From Trichodelitschia bisporula (lineage: Eukaryota): a DNA stretch of 64,000 nt. The notes under the pieces were generated by a model, which searched no databases, had not been told where the DNA came from, and saw only the letters and a program-made list of their open reading frames with translations. The stretch spans positions 121,923 to 185,922 of the forward strand of contig ML996698.1 of assembly GCA_010356995.1 (NCBI GenBank). Reading direction: 5' to 3'. The translations under genes and the position numbers were made by a program. This document shows positions 47,241 through 58,210 of this stretch, one piece after another; position 1 is the stretch's first letter, and every line of letters begins with the position of its first letter.

Positions 47241-48712
47241 ATGGTACGCGGGGCACACTTCACCGGTTGGAGATGGCGGTGGGTGGGAGTATTGGTTTGG
47301 TGTGTGGTCGCGACGGCGGAAGCAGCCCGGCCATGCGTATTCCCTGAGGGACGAGAAGCGGTTTTTGTAAGTCCGCCCTCTATTCTACCCCGGACTCCGG
47401 GGTTCAGGCTTAGGCCGGGGGCGGGGCGCGAAGGGTGAGTGCCTTTAATGAGTGACGGTTACGGGCTGACGGGATAGATGGTCGGATTTGGTACTGGGCA
47501 AAGAGCGGGTGGCAGTATGGGAGGATGGGGTTTGGGTCCGGCGAGGATGGGGGTGAGGGTGAGGGCGGGGCCTATCTGACAAGCGTCTTCGGCGTCGAGT
47601 GTGACGGCAGCCTCACGATGCACCTCCCGCCGGGCAAGGCGCCGGTACGCCACCGTTCCGCCGGCCATCTACGCGCTCGAGATCTCTGTCCTCGTCCCTC
47701 CTCCCGCATGCGCCGGTGGCTCTCCACCATTCTCCCCACCCTCCACCGGCGCCAAACCCCCTCCCACACCACGCACTACGACCTCTTTGCCTTCCTCACC
47801 TCCCCAGTATGGGGTCTCGTCAACGACCGCGAGCAAGAAAGGGTACGCGCCGCGCTGTCCAGTGATGCCGTTTGGGTTAGTAGCGGAGGAGAAGCACTGC
47901 GCACGGCCGGCGAGTTTTAATGGGTGTGGGGCGGAGAATGGGATGAAGGTGCCGGATTTTAGGTTTACGGTTTGTTGTAATATGCATGATTTGTGCTATG
48001 GTAAGTCAACCAGACCCTTGGGAAGAGAGATGGGGAAGAGAGGAGAGGGAGAGTGGGGAGTGATGATGGGATAGAGGCTAATGGGGATGCTCAGATGATT
48101 GCGGTACGCCATTCGAGGAATGCAACGCCCGCTTCCGCGATTGCATGCACGCCGCCTGCCACGCGTACTACGGGAGCGACACCAACACCGGCCCTCCAAC
48201 AACTACCAAACCCTCCTCTACCTCCACCAGCAAAGCGTCCACCACCAGTAGACCTCCCACCACAGGCCCCGCCCGGCGTGCCTCCTCCACCGCCTCTCCT
48301 AGTACCATCCCCCCCTCCACCAAACCCACCGCCCCTCCCCCTCCCTCCGCAACCCAACCCCCTCTCCTGGACCCACTGGGGCTGCGACCTGCTAGCCAAC
48401 ACCTACGCCGAAGCCGTCGGCACCTTATTCGGGGGGTGGTCCTTTGCGCTGTCCACCGCCGACCGGTGCGCCTGCGCGTGTCCCGCAGAGACATTTGACT
48501 GCGGAGATATCTGCCTTAGGAACTGCACCGAGCGCTGCAGCGTGCTAAACTGCGCCGACCCGGCTGTGGGCGCAGTACCAAAACGGCTGGGGTGGGGGAG
48601 GGAAGGTGTAGTGCCCATAAGTAGTGGGAGTGCGGCGCCGAGTGGGGCTAATGTCACGGTTTTCACTTCGGGGGGTAACCTACAAAGTTCCACCGAATGT
48701 ACTGCGTATTGA
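47241..48712 (+). pseudogene. Inverted, truncated, frameshifted copy of the group XII-like PLA2 gene at 8064-10401
   Basis: Same peptides (RPCVFPEGREAVF, FNGCGAENGMKVPDFRFTVCCNMHDLCY, WTHWGCDLLA). It has a deletion after the first donor, +1 nt near 47836 and -2 nt near 48355; homology ends at about 48670. Confidence 0.85.
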
Positions 48713-48997
48713 CTGCAAAACTGGAGCTTCCTGCAAAGCTTGGCCTAGTAACTGGTGGCGATGCAGTTTGCACAAGTTGCATGGACCCTGTGGTCCTCTT
48801 GTTACATCCGTCTTTTATTTACTCTACACTTTGGTTCCTTACATCACCACGTTACCGTGACACCATTGTGTCAAACCAGGTGTCTCTACGTCTCACATGG
48901 CATCACCGGACGACGGATAACTGAAGTACCCAAGCTGGCTGCCAGGCAAGAATCCCAGCTTCCGAGGGGATAGCATCTATATTACAGACGGCTAATG

Positions 48998-51900
48998 CTA
49001 CATCAAGATACATGAGCAACATCCCCCAGCAACCTCCGACGCACTTGTGGATCTGCCGGCCAATGTCGAAGGTCGAATAGTGGTAGGCTGAGCAGCAAAG
49101 GGTCGATCCGTACGAGTACGGGACTGAGACCGGGCACTGGGAGGACGATTAGACCATGACCGTGTAGTTTCAGGTCCCGTCGGCCCGGGGCCACTTTGGG
49201 GCTTGGTGGAATCCGGGGAGGTCCCAAAGTGCTGCTCACGCGTCACGTCATTAGATGAACAGAAAGGGGTGAAGGAGCCTCACTCTTGTTTGCTGTGACT
49301 GGCTGTCCCTAGCAAGGGATGTCTTGGAAGAACACTCCCCTCCGACCCCAGGAATTATGAAGCTCGGATCTCGTGGATGTTCGTTGACCAGCACACTTTC
49401 TGAGTTTGAAGAAGTTTGCAACGTACTATCCAAAAATACATTTATTATAAACATGGAGAAGAGGGCCGGAAACCTTACATTTGTTTGCCGCGACAATGCA
49501 TCCTAATGAGTAAGTTAGGCAGCCTAGCATTCTGGGGCTCTGCAACTACGTTGATCTTTGGAGCCAGAAGGTTAGATCCATTCTGAGCATTACAGCGAAG
49601 GGCTGGAGATGGCCGAATTAATGTCATGTACCAGGTCCAGATTGTCCAGCATGACTGGGCGCGGAAACCTGCTTATTGAGTGTCGATGCGAACCCTCCCC
49701 ACGCGACATGAGCAACGACATATCAACTTTAGCATCCCTCGTGGAGACTTCCAGGTCGAGGATGTACAAATCGAATATCGATCCGTACATCATTAGCCTA
49801 AAGGCTTCGCCAAGCGCAATCTGAGAGAGCATTAGAGATCCCGAAGCGGCATTTAATAAGATCCCTTATCGGGCAGATGTCGGGGCTTGCAATCTTCCCG
49901 TTCACCTTTCAGAGGCAGTCGTACTCACCTTTTGAATAAGTCTTCCGCTTCCTACGCCTGTGCACTCTCGAACTTCGAGAAAGAGTTCCTCACCGCTCAT
50001 TTGCCGTCGATCAAAAAAGGTTCCCAGAGCTTCGATATAGCCCGAGTTGTCATTGAAGCGGCAGATAACTTTTCCTTTTCGCAAAGCGTGTAAGCGGCGT
50101 AAGAAAGGTGGGAGGACTGACACTTACCCGACACCTTGTACCCCTGTCCTCGACCTACGGGCGACGGCGAGTACGAGACTGCGAAGAAGAACTGACTGGC
50201 AACCAGTTTCATCGTCAACCTATCAATGACCTTTGATTGAGTCTTCAGGTATTCCCGAGTTTGCCTCTGGATGCTGACAAAGTCCTTCACTGCAGAGATG
50301 TCGTTGCGTGGGTCGGTCTTCAGTCGAGAACTAGGGTTTATTCGAACGTAGCGGTCTTTCATTTGAGGTGCCGCATTTGATTGAACTGTGTCCATGAAAT
50401 CTCGCCAAGTTTTGTCCGCATCCGGGATACTGCGACCGCGAGATTCCATCTAACCTCTTAGCGGATTTCGCCACACTCAACAAAAAAACGTACCAATTGC
50501 CGGGATAGACGATGACCAGGACATCGAATGGAGTCTATCTTGTCGCTAGCATCAACAGATCCAGCGCCGCTGTGTCCGGAACCAATTGAAAGCATGAGGT
50601 CGGGGTCGGAGTCAGCTACGTCTGACCAAAGATGCTTCCTCTCTGCGTCAACCATTTTTATCGGATTGTTGTTGATCAGCGTGCCATCCAAATAGCTTCG
50701 ATGTGTTTTTGAATGCGTAAATGGCTTGAATAGTGGGCGAACGGCGAATGCGGCTGCGCCTGCCTCCCATACTTTCAATTCTGCTCCGCGATCATCAGGT
50801 CTGTGAAACTCATATTCGCCAGAAGGACTTGCGGAACGGCTGTAATTCGCCAGAAGGACCGGTTTCCGACTTATTTGGTCGGTTGCCGTCACGGCAACTT
50901 TGATGTTGTGGTGAACTCGGCCCGGTTCATGATGTCCGAAGAGGAAAGTTCTTCCCAGGCTTGGTTTCAAGGTCTCATACAGAGGGGTTGTTTTTAGAAC
51001 GCTCCCGTGGCGTAAGGTAACCAGTTTATTGATGAAGGGAACTTTGGAAAGCTCACGTTTCCTGAAGGCGGTGTTGCGAAGTGTAACGAGGTCGTCGGTG
51101 CATTCATCAATCGTTTTCTCTCTGACGCCGAGTTTAAGCGCTAAGATTGCACCGGCGCTAGAAAGAAGTTAGCAAGCTCTGTCCACACTCAAGGCTGGTG
51201 GATATACCCGGAACCGATGATCATATCAAAGAACGCCTGTATGGGGATGCCTGATGGAAGCCCCTTTTGAATAGCCCTGAGAACTTCCAGTTGGACGACA
51301 GGGAGGGCTCCTCCACTGATCGCCGATTAGCTTTGTTTCAAGTATTGCCAGGCAGCACCCACCCATCAAGGCTCAGCAGTCGTACACTTGCATGCGGTGG
51401 TTTGAATCGGAAAGCCTGTTCTACCGGTGCCACATCCGGAGAAAGTACATGGAGAGGGCAATTTTTCAGCTTAACTGAATTCAGGGTAACCAGCTTGACT
51501 CCGTGTGCGTGAACACACTTTGTGCAGAGTACATGTCCACAGGTCAGTGGATGCTCCGGAATAGTTGCCAAACAACCAAAGCATGTTGTCTGGCTGAAAA
51601 AATTCTCCCACCCGTAGTTAAAAACTTCGAGGAAGTTTTCAATATTCTTCAAGTGCAAGGGCCATATGTCGTCAATACCTTCACGGGTGGGGCCAGAGGA
51701 AAGCCGAGTTTTTAAGTCATCCTGGATGCCAGATATGGTACTTCTGATGAGGTCAATCCATTTGCCGACCTCCGGGCTTGAAAATCGTGGGTCCGGCTCA
51801 TATTCACCTCGTTCAATGACGCGCCCTCCAATGTCTTGATGGCCTTTTGGACCGTGCCTTAACTTGACATTGACGCAGTGCCTACCTTCCTTGCTGAAGC

Positions 51901-53817
51901 TGCATGTCCAATATTGATCGCAAAAGGTTATGAAAGCTTCCTCAAACGATGGCTGGTACTGGTGAAAAATTTGAGAGTCGGTTGCCCATCCTCCTCGCGG
52001 TTAACAGAAACACATATATTGATTGTTTAACGTTCGTACCTTGTTTGCGCACTCTCATGACGTCAAGAACAACGCATGACGCCACCAGTTGGGTGAATGC
52101 ACCGTATATGGCCTCATCTCTGTACCTATCCCGCGCATCACAGATGCAGGCAGCGAGCCGAACAACGTGGTTGGCGAAGTTTTGCGGGATCGGATTGAGC
52201 CTGAGTGATACTTTGACGAAGTTGAAGGGCGCGTCCAGCTTCTCGGTAAAGTGATCGAGAGCGAATCGCAAGTACATGTTGAATGTTTGTGCCGTAAGAA
52301 GCATATGCGCTCTTTGCTTTTCCTGGTTGGACTTGTCGCAGCCGTCCTGGATGTTCTCCCTCAGCTTGTCAAGTTGCGTATTCAAGCGGTTGTATTGGCC
52401 ACCAGTTGGGGCGGGAAGTGGGACGACAGTGAACGAGGAATAGTACCGCAGGATGAGGTCTTCGATGGTCTGGACTTTCGATTCTGTGGCGCCCGCTTCC
52501 AGTGAGACAGCGGCGCGATTCACATTCAAGTCTGCCATAAGCTTCTGTGCATGCTTTCCATCCAAGTTGTTAACATAGTCCAGCAGTTCTCGCGTAGCTT
52601 TATCAGTGTCCCATTCATCTTCAGGGTTTTTGCGGGAAGGTACTGCGGCATTCAAAGCTAGAATGATATGCGGAAGAGTTGGCTGGTTGACCGATGTTTC
52701 AAGAGAATCCGCCCCCCACTCAATTAGATTGTACAATGCATCTTGAAAGGTCCTAATAGTTGTTAGGCTGAAAGGTTGTCTACAGAAAATGGTGCTTACT
52801 TCGGGTTCTTGCACACATAAACGACGACGTCAGAGAATGCGTAGAGCACGCGCGGGTACAGGTGACCAACAGCGAATCGTCTGTCGGAAACCGAAACGCC
52901 CGGCTGCATCCTTGATGGTGGTGGACTTTTGGAGTCGGACCTGGCCCATTGTAACACTCGTATACAGCTCGCAGGGGTCACGGGATCAGGGTCGCCAGGT
53001 CGGTGCCGTCGGTTTGCCATTGGCAGCAAGTCGCCGCCCTTCAAGCCCTCGCAGTCGGCATAGAGAATGGGCCTTTCCTTCTGGCACGAGTCGGGGTCAG
53101 CGTATAGATGGACGTCAGCTGATATAGGGATTGTGTCGTTCGATGCCTCCACAACGGGAGTTGGAAACTCTCCGGGTCTGCATCGAGTCTCAACAAGCAT
53201 TTTGATTAGAATGCTCTTGCCCGCACCTGTCGAGTACAGTGTTAGAAACACTTGTACTCAAGTCTAGGAAACGTACCGGTCTCGCCCACGAACGACACGA
53301 GCTGCGGGTATTTCAAGGACGCATCGCCTCCAGCGTATCGGGCGAAGGTATTGCTGTATGCCTCAAACTCTTCTAAGACGGGGGTATCGGGGCCATTCTG
53401 CGCCCATCCTTCACCAAGTTAAACATGTGGTGGCCAGGAAACAGGTTACTACGTACCAAACCACTTCGTGTCTTCGTCAAATACGTGGGCTTCCCCGTCA
53501 CTCGAGGCGGTAAGGATATCGGCGAGCCGTTTATACACTAGGTAGGGTGTCTTCTCGTGCACACTCTGTCTCGGCAACCTCATGCGGTGAGCGAGTTGTT
53601 CGTCCCAGCAGTCATCACAGAGGATAACTTCACAACTCGGACAGAACCACAAGGACGCTTCCCTGGTCGTGCATCCGCCCTGACACTTAGTCGAACCTAC
53701 ATCCCCCGACACCGTATCCACCGAGTTCTCAACATTGAGGGAGCTGTTGGAATCTGTCTCCTCCACGGTGACCGGCTCGATGCGATCCACGGTGTCCGAC
53801 TCGATGCGACGAGACAT
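48998..53817 (-). CDS. Multidomain protein, copy 2: B-box-like + GBP-like GTPase + RING-like + Ser-less patatin, with a modelled in-frame C-terminal CaaX tail (GGCCSCILM*)
   Basis: Same intron positions as copy 1; VGET|GAGKSI, DCEG, CFGC..CGHVLCTKC..CPLH, LDG|GGAL, IIGSG|AG, YLDG..NNP. The core to about 49632 is solid. The tail needs introns 49556-49631, 49426-49478 and 49232-49283. Confidence 0.8.
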
Positions 53818-55328
53818 GCAGAAGCCTTAGACGCGAGCAACAGGGCAGTTCAGCACACGAAGTGGAAGAAAATGCGGGAAATGCCAATATCAAGGCGCGG
53901 CTGAAAAGAAAAGCGGCTAAGTGGTGACCACACTGACGGGGCATAAAAACGGATAAACCAAGTTCGCTGGACAAAATATGAGGTGTCAGCGAACATTGCA
54001 TTTTTGCCTTACGCGCATTTAGAGTAAGATAAAACAAGCCCCATCCCGTGCGGCTCTGTGGGAGGAACGTACCTCGTAGAATGTTCCAGCCGACTGCATA
54101 ATGCAGCGCTTTGCTGTGTCGTGCGTTGCTGTGTACGATAGCGCGTCCTGCGTGTCACCTTCAATCGGATCAGCGTTCTTCCGGTCCGTGCCAGCTTGAA
54201 CTGCGGGCAGTTTTCTCCAACAAGAAGACTGCACTCCACACCATCTTCTGCTGTATGCCCCGGGCGCCGTCGACTGTACACGTTTCCTCCATCCGCAGCT
54301 GCGCGGTGGACGTTCCAACCAATGTGATAAATTTCTTCGAGTCCACGTTTACCCTTCGATGGCCTTGGTGTTGCAATAGGCTAAATGATGCTGCAACGAT
54401 GCTGGGAACCTTGCTCCATGCTTAGTTAAGGGTGGGCCCGGAATCTGGTGGACCAGAACCTAAGGTATCTCTCTTTGGTGCTTTTGGCTGTGCAAGCTCA
54501 GTGAGTGGTGCACCGAGATAAGAAAGAGATTTCAGCTCTCAGCAACTCAAAGGAATCTAACAATCCTGTTTGGTGTAGTCCCGGCTTTCGGATGTACCCG
54601 TAGACCGAGTCCAGGCATTCATCTATCACTCGCTTTGGTCGGATTTGTCGTCGTGAAATTGTCAGTCAACAGCGAGGAAACGGCCTCATGCAGATCATTC
54701 AACAGCTTGTGTTTTTTGCCCACGTGGCAGGCAGTCCGCCATACCGTCTCAGCCTTGTCCGCCTCCTCGGGCAGCCTTGTTTGTACCTACTAAGCCATAT
54801 GCGTTAAGCAGAACCTCACCTCCATCCATCCTAGAGAAGCAGAAGTCCCCGATCCTGCGCCATTGTATACTTACATCCGAACCTAGGAACCGCCTCCGTG
54901 CCCGCACTTTCATAGGCCTCATTCAACGTCGCGCGTACGTTACCTCTAAGGTGCAAGCCCGCCCACGTCATCCACAGGCTAACCTAAAAAGTGATAGACC
55001 CTCCCAAAAAGTTGTAGCCGGCTTTTGTCAAACATTTTGCCAAGTAAGAAGCAGAGACTATCAGATGGGGTTCCTTCACTTTTTCGGGTAGCCCTTGGTC
55101 CCTCCACTACGCATCGCGTCACCCTGGTTCGGAGAAATGCTTTTCCGGCGCATGTCAGCATCGGCATTCCAACTAGATGACGAGTTGAAGCGTTTCAACT
55201 ATTCTGACGTAGTAGTATCAATAGAGCCTGGTGTTACTAGGCGCATCCTGGCCGCCCGTCAATCTGGAGCACTCTGTCATCTCACCCCAACCCCATCCAA
55301 GATCCCATAAGCCGCCAATCCAGCAACC

Positions 55329-56052
55329 ATGCCGTTCCGCATCCGCGACGCCGTCCCCGACGCCTCAAACACCGATGCCAAGTTCATCACATCCGCCTTC
55401 GACTCATGCATCCCGCACCTGGCCACCATCGGCAGCGCCAGCCAATGGGGAACCGACTCGCTGTCTTCGGCCCGCCCCAACCTGATCGACCGCTACATCT
55501 CCGCCGTCGCCGATGCCGAGAGATACCGTCTTACCCGTTCCGGCCCACCTGTGCGCGTCCTGATTGCCGAGGCCCACCTGCCGAGCGGGGAGTACCTCCC
55601 TGTAGGCGCGGCGACCCTGCGCGGGGGATACATCTCCAAGTATGTGCTGGACCAGAAACACTTGCAGGACGTAACTAGCAGGGCGTTGGCTGGGGAAGAG
55701 GGTGAGTTTATGTTCTTGGAGACTCTTGTCACGGATTTCAGCCAGGCGACCAGAGAGTATCGCAAGGGTGCCGGGGCCGCGCTGGTGAAGTATACGCGGG
55801 AGTGGGTGGGGACGGAGCTGGGGATGGGTGTTATTTACCTCGACTGCTGGGCGGGGAATGAAGGGAAGTTGGTTAGGTACGTCAATTTCCTGGAGTGACC
55901 GAGAACCCTAGGGGTTGAGAGGGAGAAATTTACGTGAGGCGAGATGCTGACCGAGAGGCAGGTTCTACGAGGCACAGGGCTTTAAAAAGGTGGATGGATT
56001 TGTGTCTGAGGGGTGGGCGGGTATGTTTATGCGAATGGACCTTGGGAGGTAG
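55329..56052 (+). CDS. GNAT family acetyltransferase, copy 2; 1 intron
   Basis: GSASQWG, RKGAG acetyl-CoA motif, YLDCWAGNEGKLVR|FYEAQGF; stop at 56050-56052. Confidence 0.88.
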
Positions 56053-56608
56053 GATGCGGAGTAGTAAGGGTTCTTCAGATAGGATTTTGTTTCGGAGCAC
56101 AAATCTGGCTTTCGAGACTGGAACCAGCATGGTGATGTTGTCATCCAGGGGTTGTCACTGATTCTCTGAGTGAGTAATCGTTTTCCTTGCTGGGATGAGT
56201 GCGAGTAATTTCCGAGATATTCTGGGTCAATAATGCTCTTCCTTCAAGTTTAGTAATCCAAGCATCGCTATCCGGGTAGGAAATTGTCAGCAGGAGCTGG
56301 GAGAGTGTGAGATCTTGATCAGTGTGCATACTTCGAAGGTAGAGATGAGAGTGGGCTACATGATGCCGGTTTGCCGGCGGTCGAACCGTTGTCCCGTTTT
56401 AGGGGTGCGCACAGGCCACCTTGTTCTGCCAAGCGGTCGGGCTATCATCGAATAGAGAGTCATTTCCGCAGTTGTAGTCTTTCACGACATCTTTAACCTA
56501 CTGCGTAGACGCTCTGAGTTCGCGAGAGAAATGCATTCGCCGATGCAAGCTCTTCCCGTCCTAAATGTCAGCGGTCACGAAGCAAGTACTTCCCATCTTC
56601 AAATCCAG

Positions 56609-58210
56609 ATGTCTCCTGCTGCCACAACCGCTGAGCCATTGAATGCAAGACCGGTCGGTCAGATGTGAGTACATATTGAAGGTGGCTCTTTCCTTGCGCA
56701 GGAGAAATGCAAGATGCAGGATTCTGCAAGATAACGAAACTCATGATATCCCAGCGAATCGTATTCCACCAGCCGGCACAACCTTGGCTTCTACCGTTGC
56801 GTAGGACAGACGGCTCGATACACCGTCCCGCGCACATCGCTGAAGGACACGAGCCTCGAATCCGCTGTCGAGCATGCCGTTGCGCAGACCATTCTTGCTC
56901 ATTCCATCCTGCAAGTTGGCATCGTTGGCGAAGAGACACGCACTCCGCACTTTGTCTATCTGCCAGCGATCAACTTGTCGCAGCTCCTGAGCTGGGAGCA
57001 CTTCCAGCTAGAGACCCCGGCCGACCGTGACTCAGTTCTCCAGCGCGTGCTTGAGACCCGCCACTCGACTTCGTGGCCAGACATTTCTCGCCGGCCGGGG
57101 TACCACTTCATCGTCCTTTGTCCCGATGTGGGCACTGCCCTGCCCACGGAAACCCTCACCGTGGATATCGTCTTCGCATACCATCATGGCTACGGCGACG
57201 GCCCCAGCGGCACAATACTGCACCGGACTCTCCTCCGTGCTCTGAACAGCCCAGGCTCTGTCCCGTCTTTCGATCCGTCATCCCACGTCCGGACAATCAG
57301 CACTCCGCCCCCGCTTCCACCCCCCCAGGAAGCACTCATTGATTTCAGAATCTCCTGGCCGTACTTCATCAAGGCTCTCTGGACCGAGTTCGCACCCTCG
57401 TTTCTCAAACCAGCCCCGCCGGCGCCAGCGTGGACAGGTAAACCAATCACCCCCTATCCAGACAACACCCGCATCCGCCTGCTTTCCTTCTCCACGCATA
57501 CCCTCTCAGACATGTTGCAGCGCTGTAGAGAGCACTGCACGACTCTGACGCCCCTCCTCCACATCCTCGTCCTGTACTCGCTGGCTAAACGCCTCCCTGA
57601 TACCGAAAATTACGATGGCGGCTTCACCAGCGTGAGCCCGATCTCCCTGCGCCGGCTTCTCCCCCACGGCGGCTTGAAGGGCTTCAACTCGGACGAGAGC
57701 ATGGGCGTCTTTCTGGTGGGCCAGTCGCACCGATTCGCGCCACAAACGATTCGTCGGATCCGTACACTAGCAGAGGGCCAAAGTGCCGCGGAAGACCTCA
57801 TCTGGGAGCTCGCTTCCTCCTTGGGCGAAGAGATCAAGCGCAAGGTCGCCTCGCTACCAAATGACGACGTCGTCGGGCTGATGAGCTATGTGTCCGACTG
57901 GAACGAGCGGTGGAGGAAGCTGATTGGTAAGAGCCGCGAGAGTACCTGGGAGGTCAGCAATGTCGGGGCCACAGACTTTGAAAAGAAAGGCCCGTGGACG
58001 GTTGACAGGCTTGTCTTTTCGCAGTCCGGCCACGTCGCTGGTGCAGCTGTCTCAATCAGTGCGGCTGGTGTGAAAGGAAGCGAGCTGGCCATCACACTGT
58101 GTTGGCAGGAGGATATCATCTCCGAGGAACTGGCGAATGGATTAGCTGAAGACTTGATGAAGTGTCTGACGGCCTTGGCGCGCACGGGCCGATTTGGTGT
58201 TGTGGTTTGA
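56609..58210 (+). CDS. Alcohol acetyltransferase family (CoA-dependent acyltransferase); intron 56665-56754; possible upstream start at 56531
   Basis: RPVGQI|ESYSTSRHNLGFYRCV N-terminus; HxxxDG motif YHHGYGDG; CR...TTLT; WEVSNVG...LVFSQ. Confidence 0.88.

Larger units (their letters stand above)
38309..56430. repeat. Direct tandem segmental duplication: unit 1 about 38.3-47.06 kb, unit 2 about 49.0-56.43 kb
   Basis: Same order and orientation of CaaX tail, GTPase-patatin gene and GNAT. Non-coding DNA is homologous at about 44730-44945 vs 53840-54060 and about 46685-47060 vs 56053-56428. Confidence 0.9.

Noticed and set aside
40242..53817. Calling the patatin genes NLRs of the PLP-1 type
   Set aside because: Patatin is C-terminal, the NTPase has a DxEG motif rather than NB-ARC/NACHT features, and there are no TPR/ANK/WD repeats.
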